This document shows positions 58,644-62,046 of a stretch of DNA of 62,046 nucleotides, piece by piece. The translations under genes and the position numbers were made by a program. Where the stretch lies: positions 1 to 62,046 of IMG/VR virus record IMGVR_UViG_3300009181_000079; one strand, 5' to 3'. The first letter of the stretch is position 1. Each line of letters begins with the position of its first letter. The notes below the pieces were generated by a model. That model was not told where the DNA came from. It saw only the letters and a program-made list of their open reading frames with translations, and did no database searches. This DNA comes from a virus. Taxonomy: Duplodnaviria; Caudoviricetes.

Positions 58644-59023
58644 ACTTCATCACCAAGTTTCTAAAGACGCTGCTCGCCAACTTCACATCGCGGAAGTTCT
58701 TGATGACGCTGTTTGCGCTATGGGTGGAGTGGATGATCTTCTGGGCGGTTGTCGCATCGCTATACACGCTGAAAGACCCCGCACAAATCGCGGCGTTCGT
58801 CAGTATCACGCAACATTTCCAGTGGACGATTGCGACTATCTTACTCGCGTATCTCGGCGTGCAGACAGCAGCCAATTTTAGCAACGCAGCGGCGAGCACC
58901 ATGCAGAACCTCGTGAGCACAGCCTCAACCTTCACTAAAAGCGAGACGAAACACATCGAGGTCATCGTGGATGAAAGTAAGCCAAACTCCAACCTGCGCC
59001 ACCAGAAGGACGACGAAGAATGA
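58640..59023 (+). CDS. holin
   Basis: TSRKF followed by two TM segments and a charged C-terminus. Confidence 0.7.
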   Translation: MNFITKFLKTLLANFTSRKFLMTLFALWVEWMIFWAVVASLYTLKDPAQIAAFVSITQHFQWTIATILLAYLGVQTAANFSNAAASTMQNLVSTASTFTKSETKHIEVIVDESKPNSNLRHQKDDEE

Positions 59024-59622
59024 GAATCCCGCTTCCATCACAAAACCCTGACGGGTCCTACACCACGCCACGGGCCGGCATGATGATCGACGGAGATGGA
59101 GCGCGAAACATCTACGCACCGCGAGGCTTTGGAAGCCCTCTCGACTTTATAGCCAACGCTGGAGAGCCAGGGAACTGGTATGGGATTGTCACAGATAACG
59201 GTAAGGCCAGCGGCAAGCCAGTGATTCAGAAGAAAGGCGATCCATTTCCAGGATACTACGTCTCTGCCACGTCTTACGAGTTCCCCGGTTTTTCTCGCGG
59301 AGATCCATATCGCTACGTGGACAGCGCCACGGTGCCCTACATCGTTCTCCCGTCGCACTGGCGGGCGGAAGCGCATGGCGTCGTGCTCGGCTGCAAGGCA
59401 CAAATTGAGGACACGCACACGGGCAACGTTATTGACTCGGTTGTGGCGGACTTTGGCCCTCGCGGAAAATTAGGAGAGGCCAGTATAGCGGCGGCGAATC
59501 TTTGCGGCGTGCGCTCTTCACCAAAAGACGGCGGAACTGCAGACTTGCGATTTCGTTACACGTTCTGGCCGGGAGTCGCGGCGGAAGTTCTCGGGGTGAA
59601 GTATGCGCTGATTGCGGCCTAG
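59020..59622 (+). CDS. glycoside hydrolase family 75 (chitosanase-like), candidate endolysin
   Basis: MMIDGDG, YVSATSY, YVDSATVPYIVLP, VVADFGP..KLGEASIAAA, FWPG. Confidence 0.8.
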   Translation: MRIPLPSQNPDGSYTTPRAGMMIDGDGARNIYAPRGFGSPLDFIANAGEPGNWYGIVTDNGKASGKPVIQKKGDPFPGYYVSATSYEFPGFSRGDPYRYVDSATVPYIVLPSHWRAEAHGVVLGCKAQIEDTHTGNVIDSVVADFGPRGKLGEASIAAANLCGVRSSPKDGGTADLRFRYTFWPGVAAEVLGVKYALIAA

Positions 59623-59660
59623 CGAAGTAATTCTATTGACAGGCATTCCGGGCTCTGCTA

Positions 59661-60374
59661 GTGGCCGACTTCGTGCAAAACCTACCTGGCGAATCCAACT
59701 ACGAGGCTAAACAACAGGCGCACAGCGCTGAGTATCGTAAGGAGTGGGAGAAGGCACCGGAGTCGTGGAAGAAGAAAGTGGCTGAACTGGGCCTCAGCCC
59801 TGAAACTGAAACGATGTCCGCTGCTGTGGAGATCCACGAGGGATCAGCGACCATGAGCTACGCGCCTGACATGGCGGCTACCATCGATACCCACCTGGAT
59901 CTGATCATCGAGACCATAGGGTTCAAGTATGAGCCGATCATCAGGAAGACAGCGGAGATGTTGATGATGCCGATGGCTAGGGAGATTGAGATGGAGAGAG
60001 GGATGATGCTGGGGCGTGTAACAGGATTTATTTTGAAGGCGGACAAGAGGAATGCGCTGGCGAGGGTTCATCAGATTTTACACGCGATACCAAGGCTCGC
60101 AGCAGCCAACGGTTTTCCAACGATGAGAGCGAGCGCGAGGGAGTGTGGATGCTCGGTGGAGTGGATCAAGAGGGGCAGAGATGAGTGTTGCACAGCTCTT
60201 CAAATTCCGATACCAGCCGAGGGACAAAAGAGCGCCATCGCAAAGGTCCGCTACAAAATGAAAGCCAAGATGGACCACTGGCGCCTACGTAAATTCAAAC
60301 CAACACCAACCGAACCATGCAAACCAATCCAACCGACTTCACTATTGAATTTTCCAACACCAGCATTACCCTGA
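59661..60374 (+). CDS. hypothetical protein with C-terminal HTH-like segment
   Basis: PTMRASARECGCSVEWIKR. Confidence 0.5.
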   Translation: MADFVQNLPGESNYEAKQQAHSAEYRKEWEKAPESWKKKVAELGLSPETETMSAAVEIHEGSATMSYAPDMAATIDTHLDLIIETIGFKYEPIIRKTAEMLMMPMAREIEMERGMMLGRVTGFILKADKRNALARVHQILHAIPRLAAANGFPTMRASARECGCSVEWIKRGRDECCTALQIPIPAEGQKSAIAKVRYKMKAKMDHWRLRKFKPTPTEPCKPIQPTSLLNFPTPALP

Positions 60375-60967
60375 CGGATCAGGGCGTCGTCCTTAAAGAC
60401 GACATGAGCTACGAGGAGTGGCACGAGGGGCTGCGCATCTTCAAGTGGGGCAAGGAGCGGATGGATCTCGGCTTTGCTGGATACCTCAAGTTTGGTGATC
60501 TGAAGTTCGGCAAAGAGAAGGTTGGCGCTTCATTGGGACAGCTTGAATTTGACCTTGGAGATGTCACCACGGCCATGTATGTGAATACCATTCCCGAAAC
60601 CCTTCGTAAAGACAACCTCAGCACCGGGCATTACGTGGTGCTGGCCAGGTCCGGCATCACTCCCAAGCAGATGGAGAAGTGGTCTGAAATTGCCAGCGAG
60701 CAGAAGCTCAGTCCTTCGCAGCTCAAGGCATCCATTCAGCATGGGGAGGTGATTGATCCTTCTGTGGTGAAACAGCAGACACATGGGATTCTCACCATCC
60801 ACGGCATCAGCCAGGAGTTTGATGTCTGGATGAGGCGTGTGGGCGGGAAGGATGGGATCGGTAAGATGTCCGATGAGGCTCGTGAAGAGATTGCCGGCGA
60901 GCTGGAGAAATTCGCCGAGCTCTACGAGTTTGTTGCTGAGTCCCTCAGTCAGATACCCTCAGCGTAA
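60317..60967 (+). CDS. LmbU-like DNA-binding protein
   Basis: G.VL.DDMSYEEW...YLKFG..KFG, LS.GHY.VLA, W.EIA.EQKLS.SQL. Confidence 0.5.
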   Translation: MQTNPTDFTIEFSNTSITLTDQGVVLKDDMSYEEWHEGLRIFKWGKERMDLGFAGYLKFGDLKFGKEKVGASLGQLEFDLGDVTTAMYVNTIPETLRKDNLSTGHYVVLARSGITPKQMEKWSEIASEQKLSPSQLKASIQHGEVIDPSVVKQQTHGILTIHGISQEFDVWMRRVGGKDGIGKMSDEAREEIAGELEKFAELYEFVAESLSQIPSA

Positions 60968-61125
60968 GAAAACGCTGCCACGAGGCGCACAGGTGGCTTC
61001 TCAAGCCTTTCAAAGAACTCGCGCGACCTCCGCTCCAGCTCCTCGAACTCTGCTTCCATCCGGGCAGCCTCGATATGCTTGAGCTCTTCCTCAAGGGTCA
61101 ATTCGGCTTCGGGTTTGTTTGGCAT
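60949..61125 (-). CDS. small acidic helical protein
   Basis: MPNKPEAELTLEEELKHIE...; divergent from the gene at 61222. Confidence 0.4.
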   Translation of the reverse strand: MPNKPEAELTLEEELKHIEAARMEAEFEELERRSREFFERLEKPPVRLVAAFSYAEGI

Positions 61126-61139
61126 GAGGGGTGCGCTAC

Positions 61140-61206
61140 TGTAAACGCCGGTAAAGGTCAACAGGAAATTTGTAAACAATGTCTTGACCTGTAAACTTGT
61201 AAACAT
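61140..61206. repeat. TGTAAAC direct repeats (iteron/operator-like)
   Basis: four TGTAAAC copies plus GGTAAAG between divergent genes; two more copies at 61588-61605. Confidence 0.6.
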
Positions 61207-61221
61207 TAACAAGGGGGTCCT

Positions 61222-61593
61222 ATGTATGCAAAACTGATGGAGAGAATCACTGAGTCCTCACTGATGGAGGAAGAAGTCATGGTGCGCTATGTATTCATGA
61301 TGATGATGGCGATCGCAGACCCGCATGGGTATGTGATAGGAACCGACGTGGCGATTGCGAGGCGACTCAACATTGCCGTGAAGGACTTGACCAGAGCGAT
61401 TGAACGCTTGATGGAGCCAGATCCAGACTCCAACTCGGAGGAGAAAGAAGGAAGGCGGGTCGTCGCTTCTGATGTTGAGAGGGGATACCTCTTGGTGAAC
61501 TACTGCAAATACAGGGACATGAAAGACGAGACTGGCCGGCGTGAATACATGAAGAACTACATGCGCCAGCGTAGGGCTAAGCAGCCCGTGTAA
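61222..61593 (+). CDS. replication-initiator N-terminal wHTH-like protein (short)
   Basis: MYAKL...I.ESSL, AD..G.V, IARRLNI, PDPDS...EGRR, GYLLVNY.KYR, RREYMKNYMRQRR. Confidence 0.7.
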   Translation: MYAKLMERITESSLMEEEVMVRYVFMMMMAIADPHGYVIGTDVAIARRLNIAVKDLTRAIERLMEPDPDSNSEEKEGRRVVASDVERGYLLVNYCKYRDMKDETGRREYMKNYMRQRRAKQPV

Positions 61594-61867
61594 ACACTTG
61601 TAAACTTTTGTTAGCCTAAGAAGATGTATATGCAGATGCAGCAGTAAAAGAAGATCAGATAGAGGAGATAGAGAGGTGCAGGAGGGAAAGAGGATAAACT
61701 CGACTTTCTTCCCATCAACAACCCAAAGACCTTTCAGATCTCAGTGCTTGATCCATTCAAAGAACACTCCCCAGCCCCTCTCGAAACATTCCAAAACATT
61801 TTTCTGGACATCTTCCGAGCAGCGTATAGAAAGGGCGCCTGAACCAAACCGATATGAACGAAATATT

Positions 61868-62046
61868 ATGACCACCACCGAACACCTATCACTCATCGAG
61901 GCGAGTTGTAAATTTCACGTAGGCGGCGTGTATCCTCCGCTGGTTATTGCTGGCTGGAAAAGCACGCTGGCGGCAGTCGCATGGGCGCAAATCCTACTCG
62001 ACTGCACGAACGAATTAGACGCTGGCGAACAGCGTATGATTAACGA
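61868..62046 (+). CDS. hypothetical protein spanning the window end (continues at 1-49 if circular)
   Basis: open frame MTTTEHLSLIE...IAGWKSTLAAV... runs off the end and continues in frame to TAA at 47-49. Confidence 0.5.
   Translation, partial: MTTTEHLSLIEASCKFHVGGVYPPLVIAGWKSTLAAVAWAQILLDCTNELDAGEQRMIN

Noticed and set aside
1-62046. Stop-codon reassignment
   Set aside because: Core genes are full length in the standard code and end in TAA, TGA or TAG; no suppressor tRNA was seen.

Overview
The window looks like a complete, circularly permuted genome (about 62 kb) of a tailed dsDNA phage, probably a siphovirus. It has lambda-type packaging proteins (GpA-like terminase, lambda-family portal, gpE-like capsid). 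The host is probably Gram-negative; Verrucomicrobiota is a guess from protein styles and A/C-rich leaders. Layout: 104-12768 (+) terminase, recombination and replication genes; 12908-30411 (-) an early region of mostly small unknown genes with a Ycf46-like AAA+ module; 30498-31200 a gap packed with hairpins; 31267-59622 (+) head, tail and lysis genes; 59661-62046 regulators and a truncated replication initiator. I found no integrase, tRNA or CRISPR array. Best novelty candidates: (1) an 8 kb cluster of modular head 'polyproteins' between portal and prohead protease, whose modules are separated by a recurring [FLM]-S-[AS]-[RK]...[IL]-[QER]-F linker echoed in the portal and protease, suggesting protease-released cargo peptides; (2) a large structured ncRNA of about 700 nt on the minus strand; (3) an AAA+ ATPase with Walker B before Walker A; (4) a TTGAC[AT]-N14-ATG element ahead of late genes; (5) a GH75 chitosanase-like enzyme in the endolysin position, next to a helical unimolecular spanin candidate. 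All family calls come from reading motifs by eye; no database search was run.
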